Assembly: GCA_045159875.1 (NCBI GenBank) | Contig: CP067995.1 | Span: 1,632,001-1,696,000 of the forward strand | Direction: 5' to 3' | Source: a cyanobacterium endosymbiont of Rhopalodia gibba | Lineage (GTDB): Bacteria > Cyanobacteriota > Cyanobacteriia > Cyanobacteriales > Microcystaceae | Length of the DNA: 64,000 nt | In this document: positions 33,382-45,766 of the stretch, in pieces | Layout of the letters: every line of letters begins with the position of its first letter | Position numbering within the stretch: the first letter of the stretch is position 1 | The notes under the pieces: generated by a model | Databases searched by the model: none | What the model was told of the DNA's origin: nothing | The model's input: only the letters and a program-made list of their open reading frames with translations | Program-made: the position numbers and the translations under genes

Positions 33382-33724
33382 TAGTTATTAAAGTTCAATA
33401 AAAGTTGTTTAAGAATAGCTTGACAATATTACCGATTGTCAATTGAGTTATACAACAAGTTGTGAAAATTAATTAAATACAGTGCTCTTTAATCAAAGAT
33501 ATGCTTATTTTAATAAACTTGACTTGTTTCAATTCAATTCTACTAACTCAATGGGTTGACACAGATACTTAAAAGAGAAAAGATTATGGAAGGAAATTAT
33601 AGATAAAATAGTTTCAGGTTCATATCATACATCCTAATTTATGTAAAAACTCTGAATTTATATTCCCATTCTATCGAAGGAAACCTCATTTTTCTTCTAT
33701 AAAAATACTTGATTTTTATTGTCT

Positions 33725-34910
33725 ATGTTATCAAAATAAAAAGCCCGCAGTTCGGGGTACGATTTGGACAATACCAAGTCAAAGGAGAAGTAAAGCTTTG
33801 CGTCTTACTAGTATTATTCCTGGTCTAAGAGGAGAATATCAAGTTTTTCTCAACACATCTCAAATTTTACAAGTTGTTTGTGATTTTGTTTTGTGATTAG
33901 GTTGTTGCTTTATCGATTAGCCTATCGCCCGATTTAACGATAGTTTTCAAGTTTTATGGCTAATGCCAATTACTAGTTTGACTACCATTGTTAATGGATT
34001 TAACTCTATTTCTTTAGCTATTCTCAATCGTAAGATAGAATTAGACATCCTAAAAAGATTTTAATTCGGGGTTCAATTTTTAGCAATAGCTAGCAGAGTT
34101 ATCTGGGATCCTTTTCAAGGAACTATTTTGGCTTTAGTTGGTGGAGGTTTACGTAATAACATAGGCTATCTCTTAGAGGCAAGTTCACTCAGACGTTTTG
34201 CTTAGGAAAAAGAGTCGGTCAAAGAATTCGTCTCTTTTGGTTGCTGGATTTTCGTCTCTACATTAATATTCTTGTTGACTAACCAAGCTGATAAACTCCT
34301 TTCAGGAAAATTCTTGTACTTAAAGATTTTAAGTATTTATACAGTTGCTTTTCTACTTACTAACTTGTCTAAGATAGTAGCAGAAAGAATAAGCCATCAG
34401 GTAATTTTCCCTTTGATAGCTCACATTGATAGGTCGTAACACTGAAATTTTTAAGGTAAAATTTCAATCAAAAATCTCTAAAGTCCGTTAGCATATTCTA
34501 CTTTTTATACTGTATGGTATAACCATATTAGTAAGTTTTGGTAGTATATTAATTCTTACTCTATACGATGACAGGTATGTCCAGGCAGTTTAGATGTTGT
34601 CAATTTTTTTCTTAGGAATTTGGACAACAACTCTTTTTATGAGCATTAATCCAATTCTGTTTGCTATAGGTAAGCCATCTTATGGGACATATAAAAAATT
34701 TTTTAATTTTTTATATATGATTGTTATCTTGCCATTATCGTTTTGTTTATAGGAAATTTTTAGCGTCATACTTATGATTACATTCAATGAAATTATGCCT
34801 TATGCTCCAGTTGTATATAGTGCCTAAAGACAAAAAATCAATACATTAAAAGAGTACATGATAATGACTATATTTTTAATCATAAGTATTGCACCAATTA
34901 GTCTTCTCTA
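33725..34910 (+). pseudogene. Wzx/RfbX oligosaccharide flippase, pseudogene
   Basis: Fragments AVRGTIWTI, TIVNGFNSISLAILNRKI, FA*EKESVKEFVSFGCWIFVST..NQADKLLSGK and LYDDRYVQA, with many stops and frameshifts. Ends approximate. Confidence 0.8.
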
Positions 34911-35895
34911 AAATTATTTACTAGTTCAGATTTTAGCTTTTTTAAACTTATTTTTAAAAATTCTTAATAAACATAAATTTAAACTCATATTCTATTATTT
35001 TAAATCTAAAATAGACTACTGCTAACTTATTCTATTTTATAGACAATAAAGATGTGTTTGGCATATTTTTAAATCATTGGTTTTGCTAAATAGAAAAGAA
35101 CAAATTTATATAAATATTTTTGTATTTTTTTAAAAAAATATCTGTCTCTCATAAAAAAAACTTATTTTTTATAAGAACTCATATAGATGATAAAGAGGTA
35201 TAATACTACAGTTCACTTTTTACTGATATTAAATCCGAGCAACTCTGTCAAAAAGTATCAACTGATTATGTCAAACTTACTGAATGTCCAGAAACAGTAA
35301 AATAAATTATAGAAAGATTAATAGAAGTCAAGATAATCTGGATAATGAAAAATTCTGTTGATCGATCTTCTACTCATAATAGACGTATAGTAATAACATC
35401 TAAACAAAAAATAAAAAATACATTTGAATAATAAATCAAACAAACTAGATTTTGTTTAGATGTTAGTAATCATTCAATAGACATAAAAAGTTAAATAATT
35501 TCTTAAAAAATTATTTTAATAGATGATTTATTCAATGATCTATCAGACACATTACAAAAAATTTTTCATTTTTTAAATATAGAGGATAAGCTTTATATAA
35601 GCCTATAAAAATACATAGTTATAAATTTTTTAAAAAAAATTTATAAAAATATAATAAGTGTTAAATTTACTAGCTCTATAAAAAAAATACGGGTATCCAA
35701 TAACTAATAAATTAATTACTATAAAGTCAATAGAATACAGATTAGAGTATTTTATTGACTTTATTTTGTATCCAATTAATGAAGACTAAAGTAGTCAATA
35801 TTTAGTTAATTCTACAAAATTAAATCCACAAAATAATTATAAAACAATTAGCAAAAAATAACTATCAATCAGCTCAATTATTGAATATAAACTTA

Positions 35896-35933
35896 TTTTT
35901 TAAAAATTTAAAGTACTTTAAATTTTTAAAAAA
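35896..35933. repeat. Perfect 38-bp palindrome (no loop), AT-rich
   Basis: TTTTTTAAAAATTTAAAGT|ACTTTAAATTTTTAAAAAA. Confidence 0.85.
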
Positions 35934-36756
35934 ATTAATTTTAAATAATTATTTTAGTTCGATTATACAGCGATTAATTTTGATAAATACAATGAACTAA
36001 AATAGTTTGGGTTAAAATTAATACTATTCTAAAGTGAGTTCTACTCAATTCATAAATACTGTTATTATTCTCAATATCTACGTTAAAATATAACAAAGTT
36101 AACAATCACCTGAAATGATAGCTACAAACAATTAGAACTACAATTTTTTGAAAAAATAAAAAGTTAGACTAGCCTGTATATTAATATATAACTAAGAAAA
36201 AACATTTTAGATAAGTAAGTATGAGTAATTTATTTATTCAAGGAATAAATAGTTGTAAACACTTTTATATTTTGAGTATTTAAACTGGAAAATATTTTTG
36301 AACTGGTCTTTAAATTGTTTAATATAAAAACACTTATAAAGTCAAAATTTAATAATTAATGATACAATTTAATTTAAATATTTATTATTTTTTTTATAAA
36401 AAATATTCCGGTTAAATCTTGTATTTACTTATAAATAGGTAATGTTTATCTATATTGTCTAGAGTTCAATTAAAAGGCAATAATTTACCATATTTATATA
36501 CAATTAATGTAGTTTAAGTTTCTGATACCATCCAACATAGTTTTGATTCTAGTTAACTATACTTTTAAAAACTTAGTAGTAAAATTTATGACATAAGTTC
36601 CTGTAATTTCTTATTCACAAATAAGCAAGAAATACTATAATATCGTTGTTTAAGTCATCAATTTTATAAAAATAAAATAACTAACTATATTAAATGGTAC
36701 TTTATTGTATTAGAGAATAACTTCTAGAAGAAAAATAAAGTTGTTGTTGATAAATG

Positions 36757-36802
36757 CTATTAAAATAGGGAAAGTATTACAATACTTTCCCTATTTTAAT
36801 AG
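36757..36802. repeat. Perfect 22-bp-arm inverted repeat with 2-nt loop
   Basis: CTATTAAAATAGGGAAAGTATT / AC / AATACTTTCCCTATTTTAATAG. Confidence 0.95.
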
Positions 36803-37043
36803 AAGTATTATAGAGCACAAAATACTTCGGCAAGATCTAGTCTTGATCTTATATCTTCAGGACTAAATATCAATAAATCTAGCCTCTAACATAGATCGGC
36901 TATTTTTTCTTCTATCCATAATTTTTTGTCTAACTCACATTACTCTAAGTTTTCAGTAAAATTTTAATCTCAAAAAGATTACCTTAAAATATAAATGCTC
37001 GGATAAAAGTTATATATAAATAGATCATCAATAAATATTACTA

Positions 37044-38390
37044 ATGCTCCATATAGCTACACTGGCAATCTTGGTATGGGTACTAATTGGCATTTTTATA
37101 TGTTTATAATTACTACCAAGAGGAGCAGTAATTGTAAGTTTTTTAGTAGCTTAGTTATTTCTACTATAAAAGATGGATTTCTTATTCCTAGGGATTCTAA
37201 CCTATAAAAGGATATCAGCTACTTGCTATAACATTTTATTTTTATCAATTTTGTTTGACAGTCAACATTATAAATATTTTTAATTTAATTGACTTGATTT
37301 ACCGATAGTAGTTCTGTGTATCTGTCCTTTTTTTCTATTATTAATGGATTGGGAGTATACAACGGATCATAAACAGTTATTAAAACCATAGATATGGACT
37401 ACTCTACTTTTTAGAGCTAATTTGTTTTAATTATTTATTTAAATTACGTTAAATGGCTATTAACATTTTTATCAGTAGATTAATTTATCTTCCTCTATAT
37501 TTATTTTAGATTAGAATGAGTCCAAAATTCCATCTGATAATGTATAGCTACCATATCCATAGTTATGCTCAAACCGTTCGTTATGGAGGATTTAGACTGA
37601 CAGTCTTTATGTAATGCGGTCTTGAACTCGGAATGTAGATGATGGCTGTAACATTAATTAGAATTTGGTTATGGTAAGTAAAAGTTATTGAGAAAGTAGG
37701 GCCCATACCTATTACTTGGTTAGTGGAAGCATTAAAAATAATATTTGTATTGCTTAAATCTACTGCAACTTATATTTATTTAACTTACGATTGCATTATC
37801 TTGTTCATAGATAAATTTTTTTGGAATAATATAGCTTTGTTAATTTTTCACATAGGAGTATCAGGGTATTTCTCTTTAGCATCCACTGGGAATTTATCTA
37901 AGAAAAATACTGAACTGTTTTTTTCTTGAATTGCTAACCTGCTTGAAGAGGATAGAACTCGCTCTTTGGTATTTCGGTTAGAGAATGAAAAAATTTCAGT
38001 CAAAAAAGCATTAGAAAGACAGATATTTGGGCGGGGAGGATTTGATGGGAATCGTATTTATCTAGAAAACTGGAGAAGAGAATTAATTTATGTTTCAACA
38101 ACAGGCAACTTATGAATTATTACTTATATGGTTAACGGAATGCTAGTAGTAGTTAGTCTATACACTTCTTTATTCTTTCCTTTATTAATCTTTGCCTTAA
38201 AACGCTATCCTACTAAATTTTACTTGACTCCCCAAACAACACCAGCAGCAGTTCTATTAGTTGTGCTTACTATATCCTATGTTAGATAGTACATTAAATG
38301 CTATGTTTAATCCAGTTTTTACAGCAATTTATGGAGTAATTGTCGGTTTAGTCATATAAGCCTCACGGATAGAAGGACAACAAAAATGAA
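37044..38390 (+). pseudogene. O-antigen ligase/polymerase (Wzy/WaaL-like) membrane protein, pseudogene
   Basis: Fragments AVIVSFLVA*LFL, RYGGFR, RTRSLVFRLENEKISVKKALERQIFGRGGFDGNR (cf. RAxSLxFRxxNExILxxKAxxRPxFGWGGWGRNR) and LDSTLNAMFNP, with several Trp codons apparently turned to stops. Ends approximate. Confidence 0.75.
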
Positions 38391-39241
38391 TTCTAGTTCT
38401 ACCAAACTTATTATGTAAAACTGCGACTTTAAGATGAGGAAACAAATAACAGAGAATTAGGAACAGATTTCAACTTCTTATTTTTTTGATTTAACTAAAT
38501 AACTAATCTACTTTCCTCTTCCAATAAAGTTAAGAATTATTATACTTCTTTATTCTGAGTAAAGTTTTACTCTTTTAAATCAAATTGGACAAGTTCCGTT
38601 TTTTATTTACCGAGTCTTGCCTTGTATTAAAAAATTTGATACATTCTCTCCTAATATCGTGGTCAGTATTTTTTTTGCTATGGGAGCTTAAATCAAAACA
38701 GTACTTTTTAAAATCTGTTGAAACATGCTACATAGTACATCATTAGAAAGTGTTCTAGTCAAAAAATAGCGCTTTTAAGTAAAATATATCATTTTTTAAA
38801 AACGATTAAATTGATAAAATAATTAATACCTGATATATTTTTAAATATCTTTTTTTAACCAGTTTTCTCTCTGTTTTTTGTCCCAGTTTTCCACTATTAG
38901 TTTACCATTGAAAACTCAATAAAACCAAAATTTTTAATAAAAAAAGAAGTTAAAAAATAAGTTTATCTAAAATTAAATTAAAAAAAATTAATTATTTTTA
39001 ATAATAGCTAGAGTATAGATTCTCTTATATATAATTTAACAGAATCTTACTGTTCTTTTATCTTGTCAATTTTATAAACTGCAAGTAATTTTTTTTACCC
39101 GTATTAAAAATCATACTGTCCAAGTACATTAAAACTTGAATCACTAAGTATTAATTATATTTGAGTTTTATATGTAAAAATTGCAGAGTAGCACTAGTCA
39201 TCAAAGTTTATTTAGTTTACAGTAACTTTCTCTATAAAAAG

Positions 39242-41311
39242 TTACTGTAAATTAAGTAAATTAGACTTTTGCATTTGTTTTAATAGTTCTTTCAGAGTTT
39301 CGGCTGGTTCTAAACAAACTAATCCTTGACAAAACAACCCAACAGAATTTCTAGGAAGATTATTATCGATGCGATAAACTGTAGTAGGAAAATATTGGGA
39401 ACTTAATTCTTTGAAAACCTCCTGGTTGGTTCTTACTAAACTGCCAAAACGATACGAATCTAAGGCTAAAAATAAACTTGGACAAACTTTAGGTGATTGA
39501 CTTAGAACAGAACTAAACGCCTGTAGTCCTTGTTCGGCGTGGTTAAAATATTCTAGGTTATCTGTAAGTCTGGCTAAGCGTACTAAATTGCTTAAGGCAA
39601 TACCATTAGCGGAAGGAGTAGCATTATCGATATAGTTCCGTTTTCGGACTAATAAATCTTCACTATTATCAAAAGCGTTATTAAAGTAACCTCCCTTTTC
39701 TATACTCCAGAAAAACTCGTCAAATTCTTCTTGAACAGTGATCGCTTTTTCTAGCCATTGAGTTTGGCTAGGATTTGCCGTTTGTAAGTCTAATAATGCT
39801 TTGATAAATAAAGCATAATCTTCTGACTGAGCTAATACAGAGGGGTTACCACTATAATTGAGACGATTTAATCGGTTTTCTCTCCATTGTTCATTCAGAA
39901 TAAACTCAGTAGCCTTGATAGCTAATTCCCAATACAAAGGTTCTCTAAAAACCCCATAAGCCCTAGCTAAACCTGAAATCATTAAACTATTCCAGGCAAC
40001 AATCATTTTAGTATCTGTTACAGGAGGAATACGTCCTATCCAGGATCTCTTTGTGACTTCTTCGTTATTTTGGGCTGGAGGAAAAATAGTTAAATTTTCT
40101 CTAGAATTTCCATAACGTAACGTGAATAATCGATCTAATACTTTTTCTAACTCTTCTGACAATACTCCTTTTTGATAAAGTTGTAAGACATTTTTTCCCT
40201 CAAAATTTCCTTGAGGGGTAATGGAAAATGCTCTTGCTAACGCTTCTAATTCGCCTGGGGTTAAACTGTCTTCTAACTGTTGATAACTCCAGACATAAAA
40301 TGCTCCTTCTTCAGGTTTTCTAGCTTGGGTAGTAGTAAAATTATCTGCATCCTGAGATGCATAAAAATAGCCTTGGGGAGCAGTCATTTCACGTTGTAAC
40401 CATTCCACTGTGCGAGTAATCGCTCGTTTAAACGCTGGTTCAGTTTGGCCTTGACTCCAAAGATTAGCTAAATATTCGATGATTTGCCCATTGTCATAGA
40501 GCATCTTTTCAAAATGCGGAACTGTCCAAGTTGAATCTACGGTATAACGATGGAAGCCGCCGCCTACATGGTCATAAATTCCCCCTAAAGCTAAATCTTC
40601 TCCCCTTTGATTAGCAAGAGCTTTACTCTCTTCTTGATAATCCCAAGCAAACCTACTTCCTTGTAAAGCGATATTTGCATATGGAATCATTGGAAAACAA
40701 GGATGGTTAACATTTTGGGAACTAACCTTAATAATCTCCGTATTGATAGTAATTCCTTGTAAAAAAAGCTCGTTGTTTAGTAATTCGGTTTCGGTTAACG
40801 GAAAAAGATCTGACCTTCGTAGAGTAGTCAGAATTTCTTGTTTGAAATTATTTAGTTTTTCAGTTTCTGTGTCATAAAAACGGCGAATTGACTGTAAAAC
40901 TTGCAAAAAACCGGGGCGGCCATAACGGGGCTCCACTGGGAAATAAGTTCCTCCATAGAAAGGAACCATATCACCCGGTGTTAAAAAAATATTGAGTGGC
41001 CATCCTCCTTGTAACCCCATCATCTGAACTGCCTGCATATAAATTCTGTCCAAATCAGGACGTTCTTCTCGGTCTACTTTAATAGGCAGAAAGTTGATAT
41101 TAAGATAATCGGCGATCACTTGATCACAAAAGGCTTCTCCCTCCATCACCGTACACCAGTGACAGCTAGAATAGCCTATTGAAAGAAAAATTGGTTTGTT
41201 CTGTTTTTTGGCTATTAAAAGGGCTTCTTCGCACCAATACCACCAGTCTATGGGATTATCAGAGTGTTTACGTAAGTAAAGACTTTGAGTCATGGCCAGA
41301 CGGTTAAACAT
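39242..41311 (-). CDS. Thioredoxin-domain / six-hairpin glycosidase-like protein (YyaL/SSP411, DUF255)
   Basis: SLYLRKH..NPIDW, SIGYSSCHWCTVME, KVDREERPDLD, GGWPL, VPHFEKMLYDN, DNATPSAN. Confidence 0.92.
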   Translation of the reverse strand: MFNRLAMTQSLYLRKHSDNPIDWWYWCEEALLIAKKQNKPIFLSIGYSSCHWCTVMEGEAFCDQVIADYLNINFLPIKVDREERPDLDRIYMQAVQMMGLQGGWPLNIFLTPGDMVPFYGGTYFPVEPRYGRPGFLQVLQSIRRFYDTETEKLNNFKQEILTTLRRSDLFPLTETELLNNELFLQGITINTEIIKVSSQNVNHPCFPMIPYANIALQGSRFAWDYQEESKALANQRGEDLALGGIYDHVGGGFHRYTVDSTWTVPHFEKMLYDNGQIIEYLANLWSQGQTEPAFKRAITRTVEWLQREMTAPQGYFYASQDADNFTTTQARKPEEGAFYVWSYQQLEDSLTPGELEALARAFSITPQGNFEGKNVLQLYQKGVLSEELEKVLDRLFTLRYGNSRENLTIFPPAQNNEEVTKRSWIGRIPPVTDTKMIVAWNSLMISGLARAYGVFREPLYWELAIKATEFILNEQWRENRLNRLNYSGNPSVLAQSEDYALFIKALLDLQTANPSQTQWLEKAITVQEEFDEFFWSIEKGGYFNNAFDNSEDLLVRKRNYIDNATPSANGIALSNLVRLARLTDNLEYFNHAEQGLQAFSSVLSQSPKVCPSLFLALDSYRFGSLVRTNQEVFKELSSQYFPTTVYRIDNNLPRNSVGLFCQGLVCLEPAETLKELLKQMQKSNLLNLQ

Positions 41312-41589
41312 AAAAATTAAATAATCGCGTGTTTTTCCCCCAACAGTTTAACCGAAATTTTGGAAGAGATCCTTTCCTGAAATCTAGTCAGCTAAAAATA
41401 TGCTCAATCTAGTTTAGGTAAAGGGATTACAAAAAGTCAATTTAGCAAGATTCATTCCAATAATCTCTATTTATGCTAATTTTGTAGTACTCCTCTAAGA
41501 GACGGAACTTGATAATCCTTAATAAGGTCAACGAATTACGTTGAGTGTTATCAAACAGCGATAGTAACAATAGGTTATTTTAAAAAACG

Positions 41590-42849
41590 ATGAAAAAATT
41601 AAACTTACTACTGAGACTTGCAGCTCTAGCAAGCGTTACTTTTCCCAGCCTGATGTCTTTTAATATCTCTGCTCAAGCTTCAACCTTTGAAGAACAAGCT
41701 ATTCCACAAAATAACGTTATTGCGATTGCCAGACCTTATGGGCAGGGTAAATATGACCTGTTAATTATTGAACAAATCCCGGATAAACAAACTTGTTGGA
41801 CTGAGAGTGGCTCTAATCCCATTTTAGTAGATCCTCTCTTGTTAAATTTTGACTTTGCAGGAATTTGTCGCCGCGCTACCGATAGTAATGGCTATTCTAT
41901 TCGGGTTGACGGGAACGACTTAGGATTGGATTACCTCTTGCGTTTAGTTCCCCGTGATGGCGAGTTAGTACTAGTAGGAACCTCAAGGGCTGGTAATTAC
42001 CAAGAAATAGTTGTCGGTAGCACCAAAGGACTTGCTTCTGGGTTTATGAAAGTAATTCTGAATCCTGGATGGCAATTTTCCAAACGGTCCTATCAAGGAA
42101 AAGTGTTAGGTCACTTTTATTTAAGCGGATCTCAAACAGCGATAACTGGAGAAGGAGAAGCAACTGAAACCACAATTAATCCTAAACAAAGAATGACTTC
42201 AGTGGCAAAGACCAACTTGGAAAGTGTCTTTACAGATATTAACGATAATGTCTATAAGCGCGAGGTTGAACAAGCAGCAGCCATGAAGATTGTGACTGCT
42301 TTTGAAGACAATACCTTTCGTCCTCGAGAGGCTATTACCCGTGAACAACTAATTGTCATGGCTGTTGACGCTCTTGGAAAGGTGTCTAATGTGAACTTAG
42401 AGACAGAACCTCAACGGGACATTGTCACTTTCAAAGACGTATCAGGCGATCGCTGGAGTGCAAGGAAAATCAAATGGGCGCAGTGGAATTTTCTAAATGT
42501 TAGTAATCCTAATAATGCTCTTCGACCAACTGAGTCTATCACCCGGGCTGAATTAATTGATACTATGCGTAGTGTAACCATTTACCTGAAAAAACAACTC
42601 AATTTACCCATAGAAATTCAACAAAACCAAAAACCAGTTCAGTTTTCTGACATTTCTGGTAATTGGGCAAAAAATGTAATTAGCCAAATGTCGGGTTATT
42701 GTGGTGTTGCTAGTCCTCTTAACGAAGAGGGAATCGAGTTTGCTCCTGAGCGTAAAGCCACCCGTGATTATACGGCGGCGGTTCTAGTGCGGGTACTCGA
42801 GTGTATCCAGTCCGAGTCAAAACAAGCTAATAACATCACTGAAAGATAA
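41590..42849 (+). CDS. DUF3747 domain protein with C-terminal SLH repeats, signal peptide
   Basis: VDPLLLNFDFAGICRRATDSNGYSIR (DUF3747) and SLH-like FTDI...FEDNTFRPREAITREQ. Confidence 0.88.
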   Translation: MKKLNLLLRLAALASVTFPSLMSFNISAQASTFEEQAIPQNNVIAIARPYGQGKYDLLIIEQIPDKQTCWTESGSNPILVDPLLLNFDFAGICRRATDSNGYSIRVDGNDLGLDYLLRLVPRDGELVLVGTSRAGNYQEIVVGSTKGLASGFMKVILNPGWQFSKRSYQGKVLGHFYLSGSQTAITGEGEATETTINPKQRMTSVAKTNLESVFTDINDNVYKREVEQAAAMKIVTAFEDNTFRPREAITREQLIVMAVDALGKVSNVNLETEPQRDIVTFKDVSGDRWSARKIKWAQWNFLNVSNPNNALRPTESITRAELIDTMRSVTIYLKKQLNLPIEIQQNQKPVQFSDISGNWAKNVISQMSGYCGVASPLNEEGIEFAPERKATRDYTAAVLVRVLECIQSESKQANNITER

Positions 42850-43020
42850 AAATTCTAATTTTAACTTAATGTTAAAGAGGAAAAGATTTTCCTTTTCTTT
42901 TCCTCTGACCGTTTATTTTTCTCTTAAGAAAGAGGTGGGTTGAATATCGTGTTTCTCGGCCCTGCAAAGTTAACCGGCAAGAAATCCCTTCCCCTTCGAG
43001 GCTGAAAATCTAGTTAACTA

Positions 43021-44310
43021 TTAGATAACTTTTCCGTCGGGAATGGTAGCATTTTTAAGTACGACTACAATACCGTTGCGAATATAGAAGCCTTCATCTT
43101 CACAATTTGATTCTTCGACTTGTTCTTTGTTGACAATAGCGACATTGCGGCCAATCCGCGCATTTTTATCCACAATTGCCCGTCTGATGGTACTATATTC
43201 TCCAATACCTATAGGGATCTCACCCTGCTGTTTTTGAGTTTGTCTAATTTCTAGAGACTCATAATAATCTGCTCCCATCACCATCGTATCTTCTATCGTG
43301 CAATTAGATTCGATTCTTGAACGAATTCCTAAGATAGAATTGTGAATATGGCATTCTTTTATTATACAGCCTTCACTAATCATCGATTCAGTGATATTAG
43401 AATTAAGAATCTTTGTTGGGGGTAAAGAACGTCCTCGGGTATAGACTGGAGCTTTTTCATGGTAGAAGCTAAAAGATGGGTTTGGCTGGCGATTGAGAGC
43501 TAAATTAGCTTCATAAAATGCTTCAATAGTCCCAATATCTTCCCAATATCCCTTAAATAGATAGGCCTGTAGATTATAATCTTTAGCAGAGAAAGGGATA
43601 ATTTCTTTGCCAAAATCTGTTTGTTCTGGATTTTTCTCCAAGAGTGTAGCTAAGACCTCTTTTTTAAAAACATAAATCCCCATGGAGGCAATATATGGAC
43701 TTTCTTCGGCTTGTTTTGCGTTTAAACCTAAAACAGTTGTATTAACTGCCATCCGTTTTAGTTCTTCCCCTTTAGGTTTTTCACTAAAATCAACAACGCG
43801 GCCGTAATCATCAATTTTCATTAACCCAAAACTGGAAGCTCGTTTTTTGTCAATGGGAACTACAGAAAGGGTAATATCGGCGTTAGTGTCCCGATGTCGT
43901 TGGATAAAATGCCTGTAATCCATCCGATAAAGATGGTCTCCAGAGAGAATTAAATACTCATCAACATCCCATTCTTTAAATGCCCAAATATACTGACGTA
44001 CTGCATCGGCGGTTCCTTGGAACCACTTAGGATTTTTTGGAGTTTGTTGTGCAGCTAATACTTCCACAAATCCATTACTAAATCCTGAAAACCTATAAGT
44101 TCGGGTGATGTGACGATTGAGGGAAGCAGAATTAAATTGGGTTAAAACATAGATTTTCAAAATTTCTGAGTTAATACAATTGCTCATTGGAATATCAATT
44201 AGACGGTATTTACCTGCGAGGGGAACAGCAGGCTTAGCCCGTAGCTTAGTGAGGGGATAAAGCCGCGTACCTGCTCCGCCACCAAGTATAATTGCTAAAA
44301 CTTTTTTCAC
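43021..44310 (-). CDS. glgC: Glucose-1-phosphate adenylyltransferase
   Basis: [53 protein letters not shown] start with GAGG SD. Confidence 0.97.
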   Translation of the reverse strand: MKKVLAIILGGGAGTRLYPLTKLRAKPAVPLAGKYRLIDIPMSNCINSEILKIYVLTQFNSASLNRHITRTYRFSGFSNGFVEVLAAQQTPKNPKWFQGTADAVRQYIWAFKEWDVDEYLILSGDHLYRMDYRHFIQRHRDTNADITLSVVPIDKKRASSFGLMKIDDYGRVVDFSEKPKGEELKRMAVNTTVLGLNAKQAEESPYIASMGIYVFKKEVLATLLEKNPEQTDFGKEIIPFSAKDYNLQAYLFKGYWEDIGTIEAFYEANLALNRQPNPSFSFYHEKAPVYTRGRSLPPTKILNSNITESMISEGCIIKECHIHNSILGIRSRIESNCTIEDTMVMGADYYESLEIRQTQKQQGEIPIGIGEYSTIRRAIVDKNARIGRNVAIVNKEQVEESNCEDEGFYIRNGIVVVLKNATIPDGKVI

Positions 44311-44565
44311 AACAAAACCTCACTATTGCCTGTTACACTTCTTTCAGTAAAGTGTAGAACTGTGGGGGACATCTGGGAAGCAAATTTTAGATATTCATTC
44401 ACAATAGACCATCTACCTCCTCTTAATTACTAGGATTAAGGGCTAAGTAAAGTCTTAGAACATAAGTTTTTACCATATTCTACTAGACAGTAGATGAGTT
44501 TTGTTGAGAACAGAAATTACGGCTATCCACTATAACCCGACATCAAACAACATCAATTTGTTCAT

Positions 44566-45447
44566 CTATTCACAAGGTTGGATAATGCTGAGTTGAAGGA
44601 CAATTCTATCAATAGCACGAACTAGAGAATAACCAGAAACTTGAGGATTGTTGACGAGAATGCTAAAGACTACCTCTCCAAAATCAGGATGATTCATATA
44701 ACCTGACAAAGCCCTAACCCCTCGTAAAGTTCCGGTTTTAGCATAAACTTTACCTTGAGCAGAAGTTCCTTTCATACGATTTCTCAAAGTTCCACTTATT
44801 CCAGCAATAGGTAAAGAGGAATAAAAAACATCCTTATCCGGAGCATAATACATTGCCCGTAAGGTCATTATTAATGACCTGGGGGTAGCAACATTGCGTC
44901 GAGATAATCCTGAGCCATCAGCTTGATGGAAACTGTTAGGATTAACTCCCATTTGCGCCAAGGCTGATTTAGCAGCTGCTGCCCCTCCAATGTGGCTCAA
45001 AAGGATATCAGCGTAATAATTATCACTTCTAACGTTGGTAACTTTAATCCAATCTTGTAGAGATTTAGACTGAATCTTAGATTTGGGATTTAATTTTTGC
45101 AAAGCAGCAGCAGTGGTAAATAATTTGATATTAGAGGCAGGAATAAAAAATTTATCGGCGTTATGACTGTATAAAGTAGTTCCTTCTTCGAGTTTTTCTA
45201 CTAGGATTCCCCAGTTATCCCGATAGCTACCGATAATACTAGTGATGGCTGGTTCCATTAGAGTTGCACAGCTCCCCGACGTTCCTGGTTCAGGTTGGGG
45301 AACATGAATTTCAATGGACTGTCGTCCCTGAAAATAATCGGTTGTGGTGATGGGATTAGTTTCGTCAGCAATAGATGAAGTTCCCAAAGCAAGGAAAATC
45401 GTCGCCAAAATAGCGAGATACTGAGAGTAAAAACCAATTCGTTTCAT
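44566..45447 (-). CDS. dacB: D-alanyl-D-alanine carboxypeptidase/endopeptidase (peptidase S13, PBP4-like)
   Basis: PASNIKLFT (SxxK), SDN, DGSGLSR, AKTGTL. Confidence 0.9.
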   Translation of the reverse strand: MKRIGFYSQYLAILATIFLALGTSSIADETNPITTTDYFQGRQSIEIHVPQPEPGTSGSCATLMEPAITSIIGSYRDNWGILVEKLEEGTTLYSHNADKFFIPASNIKLFTTAAALQKLNPKSKIQSKSLQDWIKVTNVRSDNYYADILLSHIGGAAAAKSALAQMGVNPNSFHQADGSGLSRRNVATPRSLIMTLRAMYYAPDKDVFYSSLPIAGISGTLRNRMKGTSAQGKVYAKTGTLRGVRALSGYMNHPDFGEVVFSILVNNPQVSGYSLVRAIDRIVLQLSIIQPCE

Positions 45448-45766
45448 GAGTTTGTCGTTGTTTGTTAACTATCTGTTACACCAAAATCGATGTTGATTGA
45501 TTGTTTAAGCAATCAATTTAAGTTAATAGTTAATCAAAATATGATCAAAATAGGACACTTTTCGCCTGGTCGATATTACCAGAACTGGGTGAGCCACGGC
45601 ATCTTTTACCCCAATAACTGTAAACATAGGGTTGCTCTACTTAAACTCAGAAAATGTCGGCGAAATTTTAGACGATTTTAGCCTGAAAAGTCAGGGTCAA
45701 GCCTTAAAAAACTTGAATCATTGAACTTTCATCCTATCCAGGTATTTGGGAAGTCCTGAACCAAAA

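Noticed and set aside
35619..35646. Poly-T/poly-A dyads such as TTATAAATTTTTTAAAAAAAATTTATAA
   Set aside because: Homopolymer-driven symmetry is expected by chance at this AT content, so these were not counted among the significant palindromes.
37723..37929. 68-aa hydrophobic ORF
   Set aside because: Lies within the O-antigen ligase-like pseudogene and is most likely a residual fragment.
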